From: an uncultured Candidatus Saccharibacteria bacterium
GTDB lineage: Bacteria; Patescibacteriota; Minisyncoccia; Phycocordibacterales; UBA12088
Direction of reading: 5' to 3'
NCBI GenBank assembly: GCA_964567265.1
Contig: CAZMLK010000001.1
Coordinates: 262,574-326,573, forward strand
Length of the DNA stretch: 64,000 nucleotides
Positions 25,548 through 34,701 of this stretch are shown piece by piece (the first letter of the stretch is position 1; the number at the start of each line of letters is the position of its first letter). The position numbers and the translations under genes are program-made. Below the pieces are notes generated by a model that did not search any database, had not been told where the DNA came from, and saw only the letters and a list, made by a program, of their open reading frames with translations.

Positions 25548-27350
25548 TTAGAGCCTGATTGCGCCTGGTCCGCCGAATCCGCCTCCACGGTTGCCGCCGG
25601 TTGTCGAAGTAGTCGTCTGCGTCGTCGCGGCACCGGTCGTCGTCTTCGTGACGATCTGCTCATTCTCAGAAAGTCCGCCGAGGATCTCGACATTGGTGTC
25701 ATCAGATATGCCGACGGTGACGGGAACCTGTCTTGGTAACGTTTTTGAGGGGATGCCGCTCGCGTCCCCGGTTTCCGCGAGCGGCGGGTCGAACACGAGC
25801 ACATAGCTCGCGTTGTTCTGCGATTTGACCGCGCTTGAGGGGACCATCAGCACGTCCTGGCGCGTCGCGACCTGGATGGTCGCGTTCACGGTCATGCCGG
25901 ATTTCACGCGCTCATCCTGCGTATCGAGCTTGATCTTCACGCTGTACGACACGACGCCCTGGGTCACCGTACCGACCGTGTCCACTTCAGCGACGCTTCC
26001 GGTCAAGGTCAGGTCATCGAATGCGTCGAAGGTGAGCGTCACTTTGTTGCCGACCTTCACTTTCGCCGCGTCGACTTCGTTGAGCGAGAGCTCAGCGATC
26101 TGCTCGTTCGTGATGAGGGTCGCGATCGCGGTTGATCCGCCCATGTCGCCCGCAAAGCCGTCAACAGAAGTGATCTGCCCGTCGAACGGCGCGCGGAGCG
26201 AATACTTCGCGAGCGTGGTGTACGCATCGGCGAGGGCGTTCTCACGCGCAGCAACGGTGAGCTCTGAACTCCTGATGTCGAGAGAGTCTGCGCCATCCTC
26301 GACGTCTGTAAGCGTCAGCTTCTTCTCAGCAATCGATGTCTTCGCGTTCTCGATCGCGTTCTTGCTGCTTTGGATGGAATTGATGTCCGCGAGAAGCCCG
26401 GTCTCATGGGTCCGCGATTGCGAAAGATAGGTATTCAGGGTCGTGAGCTGGGTCGCCGCTGCCGCGATCGGCGTCTTATTCGCGCGGGTCACCTGGTCCG
26501 AGTAGAACTGGATGAGATTATTCGCGCTCTTGGCGGCAGTCGAGATCGCGGTCGCCGTCTTTGCCGTGCTTGCAAGGAGTGCCTCAGTCGTCGCTTGGTC
26601 GGGAATGGTGCCGACCGCCTTGTATGCAGCGAACGCGGCGTCATATTCCTTTTGTGCGGCAATGTAGTCGTTATATGCGCTGTCCCGATAGGCGGTCGCG
26701 TCAGCGTAGCCTTTGGTCTGGTCGCGATAGAAATCGATGTTCCACTGCACGCCCTTGCTGAGATCGGTCGCGAGCAGCATGTTCTGGAGGCCAGTGATGA
26801 CGGTAGGGAAGTCGAGGAACGCATTGGTCACGTCGGTGTAGCTTTCCTGGTATGTCGTGACGAGCGCATTCTGGTTGGTAGCCAGCGACTGCTCCGCCTG
26901 CGTCAGCGCATTCTGTGCCTGGAGGAGCGTAAGCCCGCTTGCCGGTTCCTTCAATTTCGCGAGAGAGAGCTTCGCGGTCTCGAGATTGTTCTTCGCATCG
27001 CGCACTGCCTTCGATGCGTCCGTCGCGTCGATTTGAGCGATCAGCGTCCCGGCCTTCACCTGCTGGCCGGCTTTGACTCCGACATAGGTGATCTTTCCGG
27101 AAACTTCCGGCTTCAAGTCGATCTGGCGCGAGGTTGAGATCTGCCCCGATCCGGATACGGTCGCGATGATGGTTCCTTTCTCGACATTCGCGAGCACGTA
27201 GCGCGTCTCGCCCGCCGTGCTGGTGATCTTGCCATACGCGTAGTACCCGACCCCGAAGAGGACGAGTAACATGAGCCCGCTCAGGATTTTATGCTTGCCG
27301 ATGAATGCCCTTGATGAAAGGAAAAAACGCGTTCCAAAAAATCTTTTCAT
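25548..27350 (-). CDS. HlyD-family periplasmic adaptor (membrane fusion protein)
   Basis: N-terminal TM helix, biotinyl-lipoyl-like hairpin, long coiled-coil, beta-barrel and a Gly-rich C-terminal tail. Sits 1 nt upstream of the ATPase. Confidence 0.8.
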   Translation of the reverse strand: MKRFFGTRFFLSSRAFIGKHKILSGLMLLVLFGVGYYAYGKITSTAGETRYVLANVEKGTIIATVSGSGQISTSRQIDLKPEVSGKITYVGVKAGQQVKAGTLIAQIDATDASKAVRDAKNNLETAKLSLAKLKEPASGLTLLQAQNALTQAEQSLATNQNALVTTYQESYTDVTNAFLDFPTVITGLQNMLLATDLSKGVQWNIDFYRDQTKGYADATAYRDSAYNDYIAAQKEYDAAFAAYKAVGTIPDQATTEALLASTAKTATAISTAAKSANNLIQFYSDQVTRANKTPIAAAATQLTTLNTYLSQSRTHETGLLADINSIQSSKNAIENAKTSIAEKKLTLTDVEDGADSLDIRSSELTVAARENALADAYTTLAKYSLRAPFDGQITSVDGFAGDMGGSTAIATLITNEQIAELSLNEVDAAKVKVGNKVTLTFDAFDDLTLTGSVAEVDTVGTVTQGVVSYSVKIKLDTQDERVKSGMTVNATIQVATRQDVLMVPSSAVKSQNNASYVLVFDPPLAETGDASGIPSKTLPRQVPVTVGISDDTNVEILGGLSENEQIVTKTTTGAATTQTTTSTTGGNRGGGFGGPGAIRL

Positions 27351-27604
27351 ACTATTGAAAGAGTCAAAAAATGGATTGATAAAGACGGTCCTTGAGATGC
27401 GCTATCAGCTGGGGTGGGGCAGGGTCCAGGATTGCCGGAAAGGATAGCATGGAGCGCTTGGCGGCCAGCGAATCCCCTCATCCCGTTGCATGTACTACAA
27501 CCATGCTCGCCATATATTTCATGAAACCATGGCCGAGGAAGGGGCAGCGACCTCCTCTGCGCTCGGCCAGAAATCACTCTATCCACGTGATACAATGTCG
27601 CCTA

Positions 27605-28222
27605 ATGGCATGGAAGCCCTTCTATAATCTCGCGGTCGAATTCGGGCCGATCTGCGTCTTCCTCTTCACCTACGCGATCTCCGATTTTTATACGGCCGTG
27701 GCTGCCTGCATCGCCGCGACGACGGTCGCGGTACTCCTCGCGGCCATCCGCGACCGCCGGGTCGCGCTCTTCCCGATCATCGGCCTCACGAGCGTGCTCA
27801 TATTCGGCCTCTCGAGCATCGCCGACCGCAACCCCGACCTCTTCATCATCCGCGACACGGTCGCTGATCTTTTCTTTTCCGCGCTCCTCTTCGGCAGCAT
27901 CGCCATCGGGAAGCCGATCCTGAAAACGATGTTCGAAGCCGCCTTCGCGATCACAGACAAGGCGTGGCGGATCCTCACCATCCGGTGGGCGACCTTCTAT
28001 CTGATCCTCGGGATTATGAACGAGCTCGTGCGCCGCATGGCGACCGATGATGCCTGGGTCGACTACAAGTGCGCTGCAGTCATTCTCACCATCCTCTTCG
28101 GCACGTACCAGTTCACGCTTGCCTCACGGAACCGGATCCCGGGAGAGTCAGACTGGCTCGGCCTCCGGATCTCTGATGCTGAGACTGAAATTCCTGCCGA
28201 GGTGCAGGCATCCAGCGTATGA
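27605..28222 (+). CDS. inner-membrane protein, YciB/IspZ-like (septation protein A family)
   Basis: 205 aa with five TM helices. Architecture and spacing resemble YciB. ATG at 27605. Confidence 0.5.
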   Translation: MAWKPFYNLAVEFGPICVFLFTYAISDFYTAVAACIAATTVAVLLAAIRDRRVALFPIIGLTSVLIFGLSSIADRNPDLFIIRDTVADLFFSALLFGSIAIGKPILKTMFEAAFAITDKAWRILTIRWATFYLILGIMNELVRRMATDDAWVDYKCAAVILTILFGTYQFTLASRNRIPGESDWLGLRISDAETEIPAEVQASSV

Positions 28223-29067
28223 CGAATGCGAAGCTGCAAAAAACGCTTGTCGGGCTCGTTCTCCTCATAGTCGGAGCATTTCTTGGCGCGTATCTCGATA
28301 GCAGTACGAAGGAGCCTGTGAATAATCAGATTCCCGAGGAAGAAGCAGAAGTAACTCCGACTTCGACGCCGGAGGCCGTACGAGTAGAGGGAAGACAGGG
28401 TCCATTCTCAGTGGTCCGAGTTGTCGACGGCGATACAGTGACGATTTCCATGAATGGTGTCAATGAAACTACGCGTCTTATCGGCATCAATACGCCGGAG
28501 ACGGTTGATCCACGGAAGGTCGTCGAGTGTTTCGGTGCCGAGGCGTCAGCACGCGCAAAGACGCTTCTTTCCGGCAAAAAAATATACATAGAGCAGGACG
28601 CATCACAGGATACGCGCGATAAGTACGGCCGCCTGCTCGTCTATGTGTTCCTGGAGGACGGAACGAATTTCAACAAGAAGATGATCGAGGACGGATACGC
28701 ATACGAATATACGTATGATCGCCCGTACGCGTACCAGGCAGATTTTAAAGCTGAGGAAAAAACGGCCAGAGATGGAAAGCATGGCCTCTGGGCAGCGGGA
28801 ACCTGTAATGGCCAGAAGTCCGGGAAGTCTGAGACTCCGGTTGCATCCAAAAGCAGCAGCGTAGCTCTGCCAGCAGCCGCACCTGCGCTTTCCGCAGGTG
28901 CGGAAAGCGCAGGTGCCTATTCCTGCAGCGCAAATATCTATAACTGCACCAGCTTCAAGACCCACGCCGAAGCGCAAGCCGCATATGAGGCATGCGGCGG
29001 CCCGGCATCAGACATCCATAAGCTCGACCAGGACGGCGATGGCAACGCCTGCGAGACGCTTCCATAA
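28219..29067 (+). CDS. secreted thermonuclease (SNase-like) with a C-terminal Excalibur calcium-binding domain
   Basis: SNase motifs: VVRVVDGDT, GINTPE, RLLVYVF. C-terminal DQDGDGNACE is the Excalibur signature. An N-terminal TM anchor is present. Confidence 0.85.
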   Translation: MTNAKLQKTLVGLVLLIVGAFLGAYLDSSTKEPVNNQIPEEEAEVTPTSTPEAVRVEGRQGPFSVVRVVDGDTVTISMNGVNETTRLIGINTPETVDPRKVVECFGAEASARAKTLLSGKKIYIEQDASQDTRDKYGRLLVYVFLEDGTNFNKKMIEDGYAYEYTYDRPYAYQADFKAEEKTARDGKHGLWAAGTCNGQKSGKSETPVASKSSSVALPAAAPALSAGAESAGAYSCSANIYNCTSFKTHAEAQAAYEACGGPASDIHKLDQDGDGNACETLP

Positions 29068-29119
29068 ACGTTCTCCACTTCCGCGTTTTCAGATTCAATG
29101 AGAAGATGGCCGTACACCA

Positions 29120-29734
29120 ATGCATACGACGCGTTCTCTTTTGATTCTTCTCGCGATCGCCTTCGTCCTCGGGGGCGCAGTCCTCTTGTGGCAGCGCGAT
29201 CACCGTCCGGCACCGGCAGCTGTCGATACGGTCGTAGATGAAACGCCCGCAGAATCAGTCCTCACGCGCCTCTCGCGTACCACCATCGATGTCCCGGATA
29301 TAAATACGCTCGTGACCCTGACCGATGGCCAGGGCCGATTCCCGATCGCGGACGCGAGCGCGGAAGGTACCGTTTCCCTGAATGATGTCTACGCGGAACG
29401 CCTTGTCGCGGCCGTGGGGACGTCTCCGAAGCGTCACGATGTCCTCGCGATCATTTCCGTGAACAGCGGCGGTACCGGCCATTTCAGCTACCTGATACTT
29501 TTCGAAGATTCCGGCTCGCGGCTTGTCCAGAAATCGTGGCGCTTCCTCGGCGACCGAATCGGCATCGACGGCATCGCCATCCACGAATCCGGAGTTGTCG
29601 CTGAAGACTACACTGCAGCAATATCGATCCGTGAGCGTGCGCCGGGCGAGCCGATGGCCGCCGATCCGACCGTCAAGAAGGTCATCGAGATACCCGTCGT
29701 GAAGGGAGCATTCCCGGTCGAAAAGAAGAAATAG
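29120..29734 (+). CDS. membrane-anchored hypothetical protein
   Basis: 204-aa ORF with an N-terminal TM helix. Confidence 0.5.
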   Translation: MHTTRSLLILLAIAFVLGGAVLLWQRDHRPAPAAVDTVVDETPAESVLTRLSRTTIDVPDINTLVTLTDGQGRFPIADASAEGTVSLNDVYAERLVAAVGTSPKRHDVLAIISVNSGGTGHFSYLILFEDSGSRLVQKSWRFLGDRIGIDGIAIHESGVVAEDYTAAISIRERAPGEPMAADPTVKKVIEIPVVKGAFPVEKKK

Positions 29735-29799
29735 GAAGCGAGAACGACGCACTCTTTTTACATTGGCAAATCTGCCGATACTAGGATAGTCTTACACGC

Positions 29800-30393
29800 G
29801 TGGAACACTTTCTCGCGAACATGCTGCTTTGGTGGCATCCGCTTGGCTATGTCCTCGCGTTCCTCCTCATGATCTTCGAGGGGGATTTGGCGCTGCTTCT
29901 CATCGCCTTCCTTACCCATGAGGGCCTGTTCTCGCTCCCGCTCATGATAATTGCCGTCTATGCCGGTCTCCTTGTTGGTGACAGTATCTGGTACTACATC
30001 GGCGAACACCTCGGAAAGCGCGCCAATGGCCGTTTCGCGAAATGGGTGGAGCATATCGCAGGTCCTTTTGATGAGCGGATCCTCAAGAAGCCGTTCACGA
30101 CGCTCCTCTTTGCGAAATTTACCTACGGATTTCATAGAGCGCTCATCATCCGCTCCGGATGGATCGGCCTCTCATACCGGACCTTTCTTCTCAGCAACAT
30201 CGTCGCGGGCGGGCTCTGGATGCTGATGGTCGGCGCGCTCGGATACGGCACGAGCGCGACCTTCATGTTCCTCCGCGGCTATCTCAAATATGCGGAAATC
30301 GCGCTCCTCGCAGTTGCGATCCTCTACGTCGGCATCCAGCTTGTCGTCCGCCATTACGCGGTCAAGGATATCGAGAAACATGATGGAGCGTGA
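29800..30393 (+). CDS. DedA/TVP38 family membrane protein
   Basis: GDSIWYYIGEHLG DedA motif. GTG at 29800; the first in-frame ATG is at 29821. Confidence 0.8.
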   Translation: MEHFLANMLLWWHPLGYVLAFLLMIFEGDLALLLIAFLTHEGLFSLPLMIIAVYAGLLVGDSIWYYIGEHLGKRANGRFAKWVEHIAGPFDERILKKPFTTLLFAKFTYGFHRALIIRSGWIGLSYRTFLLSNIVAGGLWMLMVGALGYGTSATFMFLRGYLKYAEIALLAVAILYVGIQLVVRHYAVKDIEKHDGA

Positions 30394-30775
30394 TGAATTC
30401 GAAAAGCTGGTCGCCGACGGGTATGCGCTCATCCCTGATAAGTTCCGGGAGGAGATCGCGAACGTGGCGATCCTGATTGAGGATGTCGCATCCCCGAGCG
30501 TCCGGCGCGAGCAGGAGCTCGCGCCGGACGAGACCCTGCTCGGCCTCTACCGTGGCGTGCCGCTCACGGCTCGCGGCAGCGAATACGGGGTCGGCGTCAC
30601 GATGCCAGACACCATCACGCTCTACCAGGCAGCGATCGAGGAGGAGGCAGAAGGGGATCCGGAGCGCATCCGCCAGGTGGTCGCTGATACCATCTGGCAT
30701 GAGTTCGCCCATCATTTCGGGCTCGACGAAGATGCGGTGCGGCGCCGCGAGCGCGAGCGTGGCGTCCGCGACTGA
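30380..30775 (+). CDS. zincin-like metallopeptidase family protein (DUF1025-like)
   Basis: HEFAHHFG HEXXH motif in a protein of about 130 aa. Confidence 0.6.
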   Translation: MMERDEFEKLVADGYALIPDKFREEIANVAILIEDVASPSVRREQELAPDETLLGLYRGVPLTARGSEYGVGVTMPDTITLYQAAIEEEAEGDPERIRQVVADTIWHEFAHHFGLDEDAVRRRERERGVRD

Positions 30776-30797
30776 AGTGGTATAATCCAAAGCACCT

Positions 30798-31421
30798 ATG
30801 AACAAGAACCGGCTCGAATTCCTCTCCGATGGCGTCTTCGCGATCGTGATGACCTTGATCACGATCGAGATCGGCTTTGCAGCTGATTTTCATGCCACTA
30901 CCGACGCGGAGCTCTGGCATGCCCTCCGGGAGATCCTGCCGCTCTTCGTCGCCTACTTCGTCAGCTTCAACGTGCTCGCGATGTTCTGGATCTCGCACAA
31001 CTTCTTCTTCCATTCGCTCACCAAGAACATCAACCGGGGGCTCGTCATCATCAACTTCATCTATCTCTCCTTCATCGCGCTCATCCCGTTCTTCACGAAG
31101 CTGGTCGGCGAGTACTCGACGTCCCAGCTCGCGGTCCAGCTCTATGGCCTCGATGTCCTCGCCATCGGCATCATGACCTCCGTCGCGTACGCATACGCAC
31201 GCTATTCTGACGAGATCGAGACCCACGACCTCGGCTCCCGCATCCAGAAGCAGGGCTTCATACGGAGGGCGATCACCCCTTTTTTCACCATCCTCGGCAT
31301 TGTTGCGGCTTTCTACAACATCCCGCTGGCTCTCTTCTTCTACGCGTTCCCGGTCGTCTTCAACACGGTTCCAGGCACTCTGAACGCGCTCGAGCGCTTG
31401 TTCGGCTTCGAGCTCAAGTGA
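30798..31421 (+). CDS. TMEM175/DUF1211 family potassium channel-like membrane protein
   Basis: RLEFLSDGVFAIVMTL signature with six TM helices. Confidence 0.85.
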   Translation: MNKNRLEFLSDGVFAIVMTLITIEIGFAADFHATTDAELWHALREILPLFVAYFVSFNVLAMFWISHNFFFHSLTKNINRGLVIINFIYLSFIALIPFFTKLVGEYSTSQLAVQLYGLDVLAIGIMTSVAYAYARYSDEIETHDLGSRIQKQGFIRRAITPFFTILGIVAAFYNIPLALFFYAFPVVFNTVPGTLNALERLFGFELK

Positions 31422-31584
31422 TTTTTTGAAAAGTCGTGTAAGAAGTGCGGCCGGCTGCCGTCCCCGGATATACAGCCGCATTTCATATGATTACCCTCAC
31501 CACAGCGTTGATACTTTATCTTGTGCAGACCGTACGGAAGCGGCGGGCTCTGTAATGCACGACCGAGGGGAATCCGACGACTAC

Positions 31585-31620
31585 AAAACCGCTGCTCCCG
31601 AATGGGAGCAGCGGTTTTTG
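31585..31620 (+). terminator. rho-independent terminator
   Basis: CCGCTGCTCCC gaat GGGAGCAGCGG followed by TTTTTG. Confidence 0.65.
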
Positions 31621-31681
31621 CAATCCCTTGGTCCCTCAGTCCCCGTGCACTTTCAATTCGATGGAGTTATAGTATGGCCAT

Positions 31682-32020
31682 ATGAGTACACGGACGGCGA
31701 CGCTCATCGTGCTTGGAGCGCTGATCCTCGGGGGAGCGCTCTACCATGATCGCAAGAAGGTCGCGGCGCTGCCTCCGGAGAACCCTCCCGTTTCTCATAT
31801 GATGCCGGAACCCGTGACCCCCGTCCCGATGGATTCGGAAGACGCGATCACGGTGCCCGAGTCTCCAGGCGCCGGAAGCTGTCTCTCGACCTGTAGCAGG
31901 CAGAACTCGACCGCAGAGGCCTACCAATCCTGCCTCATGCTCTGCAAGAAGGGGGTGCCGGTCATCCAGACAGGGACTTCCAAGAAAGGAAATCTTCCGC
32001 CGGCGACTCAAGTGTTTTAA
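31682..32020 (+). CDS. small secreted Cys-containing protein
   Basis: Signal/TM segment followed by CLSTC and CLMLC pairs. Located upstream of a DsbA-like gene. Confidence 0.45.
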   Translation: MSTRTATLIVLGALILGGALYHDRKKVAALPPENPPVSHMMPEPVTPVPMDSEDAITVPESPGAGSCLSTCSRQNSTAEAYQSCLMLCKKGVPVIQTGTSKKGNLPPATQVF

Positions 32021-32050
32021 CATCGTCATTAACTCGTAACTCGGCTGTAT

Positions 32051-32740
32051 ATGAAATCATATTCGAAACTGTTCGTGATCGGCGGCGTCCTCCTCGTGGG
32101 GGCAGGACTCATGATGTACTTCGGCAATCGCGGCATTCCAGGGACCAGTACAACGAATACCGGCACGCTTGAAGTCACTGCTGCTGACTGGACGCGCGGC
32201 GGCACCGAGACGGCGCCCGCCACACTCGTCGAATATGGCGACTTCCAGTGCCCGGCATGCGGAGCCTACTATCCGCTCGTAAAGCAGCTGGAAGCAGACT
32301 TCGGGCCGTCTGTACGCATGGTGTTCCGCCACATGCCGCTCTGGGATCTCCATCCAAATGCGCTTCCGGCAGGGCTTGCTGCTGAAGCAGCCGGAAAGCA
32401 GGGTAAGTTCTGGGAGATGGCCGACATGCTCTATGAGAAGCAGAAGGACTGGTCAACGCTCCCAAGCGCGAAGGCAACCTTCGAGACCTACGCGGAGACG
32501 CTGGGGCTCGACAAGGCGAAGTTCACTGCCGATATGGAAGACAAGGCGCTTCTCGAGAAGATTCAGAACAGTCGCAAGGAAGGCGTACAGCGCGGCGTAC
32601 AGGGAACGCCGACCTTCTACCTGAACGGCAAGAAGCTTGAGAATCCTCAGAGCTACGAGGCATTCAAAGGACTTGTGACTGCAGAAATTGCGAAGAATCC
32701 GAACGGCGCGGCCCCGGTCGCGACGACGACGCTTCCGTAA
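32051..32740 (+). CDS. DsbA-family thiol:disulfide oxidoreductase
   Basis: CPAC active site within a thioredoxin fold. N-terminal membrane anchor. Confidence 0.85.
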   Translation: MKSYSKLFVIGGVLLVGAGLMMYFGNRGIPGTSTTNTGTLEVTAADWTRGGTETAPATLVEYGDFQCPACGAYYPLVKQLEADFGPSVRMVFRHMPLWDLHPNALPAGLAAEAAGKQGKFWEMADMLYEKQKDWSTLPSAKATFETYAETLGLDKAKFTADMEDKALLEKIQNSRKEGVQRGVQGTPTFYLNGKKLENPQSYEAFKGLVTAEIAKNPNGAAPVATTTLP

Positions 32741-32748
32741 GGAGTGTC

Positions 32749-32780
32749 AAAAAGCCGCCGGCTCACGCCGGCGGCTTTTT
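32749..32780 (+). terminator. rho-independent terminator
   Basis: AAAAAGCCGCCGGC tcac GCCGGCGGCTTTTT. Confidence 0.7.
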
Positions 32781-32817
32781 GATTACCTCAATCCCGGAAT
32801 GCTATACTTGGCCGCAT

Positions 32818-33828
32818 ATGAAAATTGCATTCTTCAAATGTCTCCCGTGGGAGCGGGGAAAGCTCGAAGCGGCGCTTGGTGGTGGCAATACGCTCACTTT
32901 TTTTGATTCAGTCCTCACTGCCGCCACTGTCCCGCCTGAGACCGGCTTCGATGCCATCTCGGTGTTCGTCGATTCAGCGGTCACGAAAGACGTGCTCGAG
33001 AAATTCCCGAACCTGAAACTGATCGCGACCCGCTCGACTGGTTTTGATCATATTGATACCACCTACTGCAAGGCAAAGGGAATCGCGGTTTCGACCGTTC
33101 CTTCCTATGGAGAGAACACGGTTGCGGAACACGCCTTCGGCCTTCTCCTCGCGCTCTCAAAGCGGATCTATGACGGCTTCGAGCAGGTCCGCATGCACGG
33201 AGATTTCAATCCGAACGCGCTCGAAGGATTCGATCTCCTCGGGAAGACCATCGGCGTCCTCGGGACCGGCCGTATCGGCCGCCATACCATCCAGATCGCG
33301 AACGGTTTCGGCATGAAGGTCATTGCGTATGATCCCTATCCGAACCAGGAACTCCCCGCAAAACTCAATTTTGAATATCGAGCGTCCGTTGACGAGATCC
33401 TCGCGGAGAGCGATGTCGTGACCATCCACGTGCCGTACACCAAGGAAACGCACCACCTCATCAACCGGAACAACATCATGAAGATGAAACAGGGAGCGGT
33501 CCTCATCAACACGAGCCGGGGGGCGATTGTTGAGACCTTGGCACTTGTCGAATGCCTCAAATCCAAGCATCTCGGCGGCGCAGGCCTCGATGTGCTCGAA
33601 GAGGAGAGCATGATCAAGGACGAGCTCGATTTCCTTGCCGAAGCCAATATGGACGGCCACGACCTCAAGACCGTGCTCGCGAACCATGTCCTCATCGATC
33701 TCCCGAACGTCGTCATCACGCCACATAGCGCCTTCAATACGAAGGAGGCCCTGGGGCGCATCCTCCAGACTACGCTTGAGAACATCCAGGCATTCGCGGC
33801 AGGGAAGCCAGCGAATCTCGTCCCCTAG
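32818..33828 (+). CDS. D-isomer-specific 2-hydroxyacid dehydrogenase (D-lactate / phosphoglycerate dehydrogenase family)
   Basis: NAD-binding GVLGTGRIGR. Catalytic residues in NTSRG...ALVE...GAGLDV...H region. Start MKIAFF. Confidence 0.9.
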   Translation: MKIAFFKCLPWERGKLEAALGGGNTLTFFDSVLTAATVPPETGFDAISVFVDSAVTKDVLEKFPNLKLIATRSTGFDHIDTTYCKAKGIAVSTVPSYGENTVAEHAFGLLLALSKRIYDGFEQVRMHGDFNPNALEGFDLLGKTIGVLGTGRIGRHTIQIANGFGMKVIAYDPYPNQELPAKLNFEYRASVDEILAESDVVTIHVPYTKETHHLINRNNIMKMKQGAVLINTSRGAIVETLALVECLKSKHLGGAGLDVLEEESMIKDELDFLAEANMDGHDLKTVLANHVLIDLPNVVITPHSAFNTKEALGRILQTTLENIQAFAAGKPANLVP

Positions 33829-33851
33829 GGTAGTAAAAAACTAAGAAGAAA

Positions 33852-34070
33852 ATGATGGTTTTTTTGAATTGGCTATTTGTTCAGGGATATTGGCAACCAG
33901 TATCAGCGATAATTCTTGGTTGTTTGCCCTACCTCTGGGTTATTCGAAAACGTGGATTCAATCGTCAAGGAGTCACCCTTCTGGATTCCTATTTGCTCAT
34001 GTACGGCGGACTCCTCATTCTTCTTGGAATTATGTATTTGGACGCCTACTTCGATCCACAAAATTGGTAG
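33852..34070 (+). CDS. small membrane protein
   Basis: 72-aa ORF in low GC with two TM helices. Confidence 0.3.
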   Translation: MMVFLNWLFVQGYWQPVSAIILGCLPYLWVIRKRGFNRQGVTLLDSYLLMYGGLLILLGIMYLDAYFDPQNW

Positions 34071-34170
34071 GTTAATTTGACGTCGAGACGACTAGACGGA
34101 CACTTGCGCTATTTAAAAACATGTGGTATGGTTTTGAAAGTTAGATTCCACAGCCTTGGAGGCTATCCAC

Positions 34171-34611
34171 ATGGCTCGGCCAAAGACCGATACCAGCCTT
34201 GCGAACCTCTGGATCCTGTTTAATACAGCTGGCTGGGTGACTGCATACGTCGTCAGCCGATATCACCGCGGTTCAACCCTGTCGTTCGTCGCGATCCCCA
34301 TGTACAAGGGTAGAAGGAGTCTCGACGCCGCACACGCGGTTCTTGTGCGCCCATTCGGCAAGAGTGGAAAGTTCAGGATCCAGCCACTCGAAATACCACT
34401 GCAGGTGAAGGAATCGAAACGTGTGCATGGTCCCGTGAATGATGCGCTTTCGCACCCCAATGTCACCTACTGGGGCAAGCCCTTCAACATGCTGCCGAAC
34501 GGCTCGGCACGCGACCGCAACAAGGCACGTGCTTGGCACTTTTTCCTCAACGATTCCGAGTGGTGCCGAATCGGCCGTGAGTACGGCCCCTTCGATGAGC
34601 CGCCCAAATAG
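34171..34611 (+). CDS. hypothetical protein
   Basis: GGAGG lies 8 nt upstream of ATG 34171. The ORF-track start at 34156 is a TTG. Confidence 0.45.
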   Translation: MARPKTDTSLANLWILFNTAGWVTAYVVSRYHRGSTLSFVAIPMYKGRRSLDAAHAVLVRPFGKSGKFRIQPLEIPLQVKESKRVHGPVNDALSHPNVTYWGKPFNMLPNGSARDRNKARAWHFFLNDSEWCRIGREYGPFDEPPK

Positions 34612-34633
34612 TACGTTACCGACATAAATTTAC

Positions 34634-34668
34634 AACGGCCCCAAGGGGCCGTTGTTTTCTTTTATTTC
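34634..34668 (+). terminator. rho-independent terminator
   Basis: AACGGCCCC aa GGGGCCGTT followed by GTTTTCTTTTATTT. Confidence 0.6.
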
Positions 34669-34701
34669 GGTTAAGCGCTGCTTCCGCGTTATGCTGAATG
34701 C

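Noticed and set aside
30615-31481. 288-aa minus-strand ORF
   Set aside because: Antisense to the DUF1025-like and TMEM175-like genes. Arg/Glu/Asp-rich artefact.
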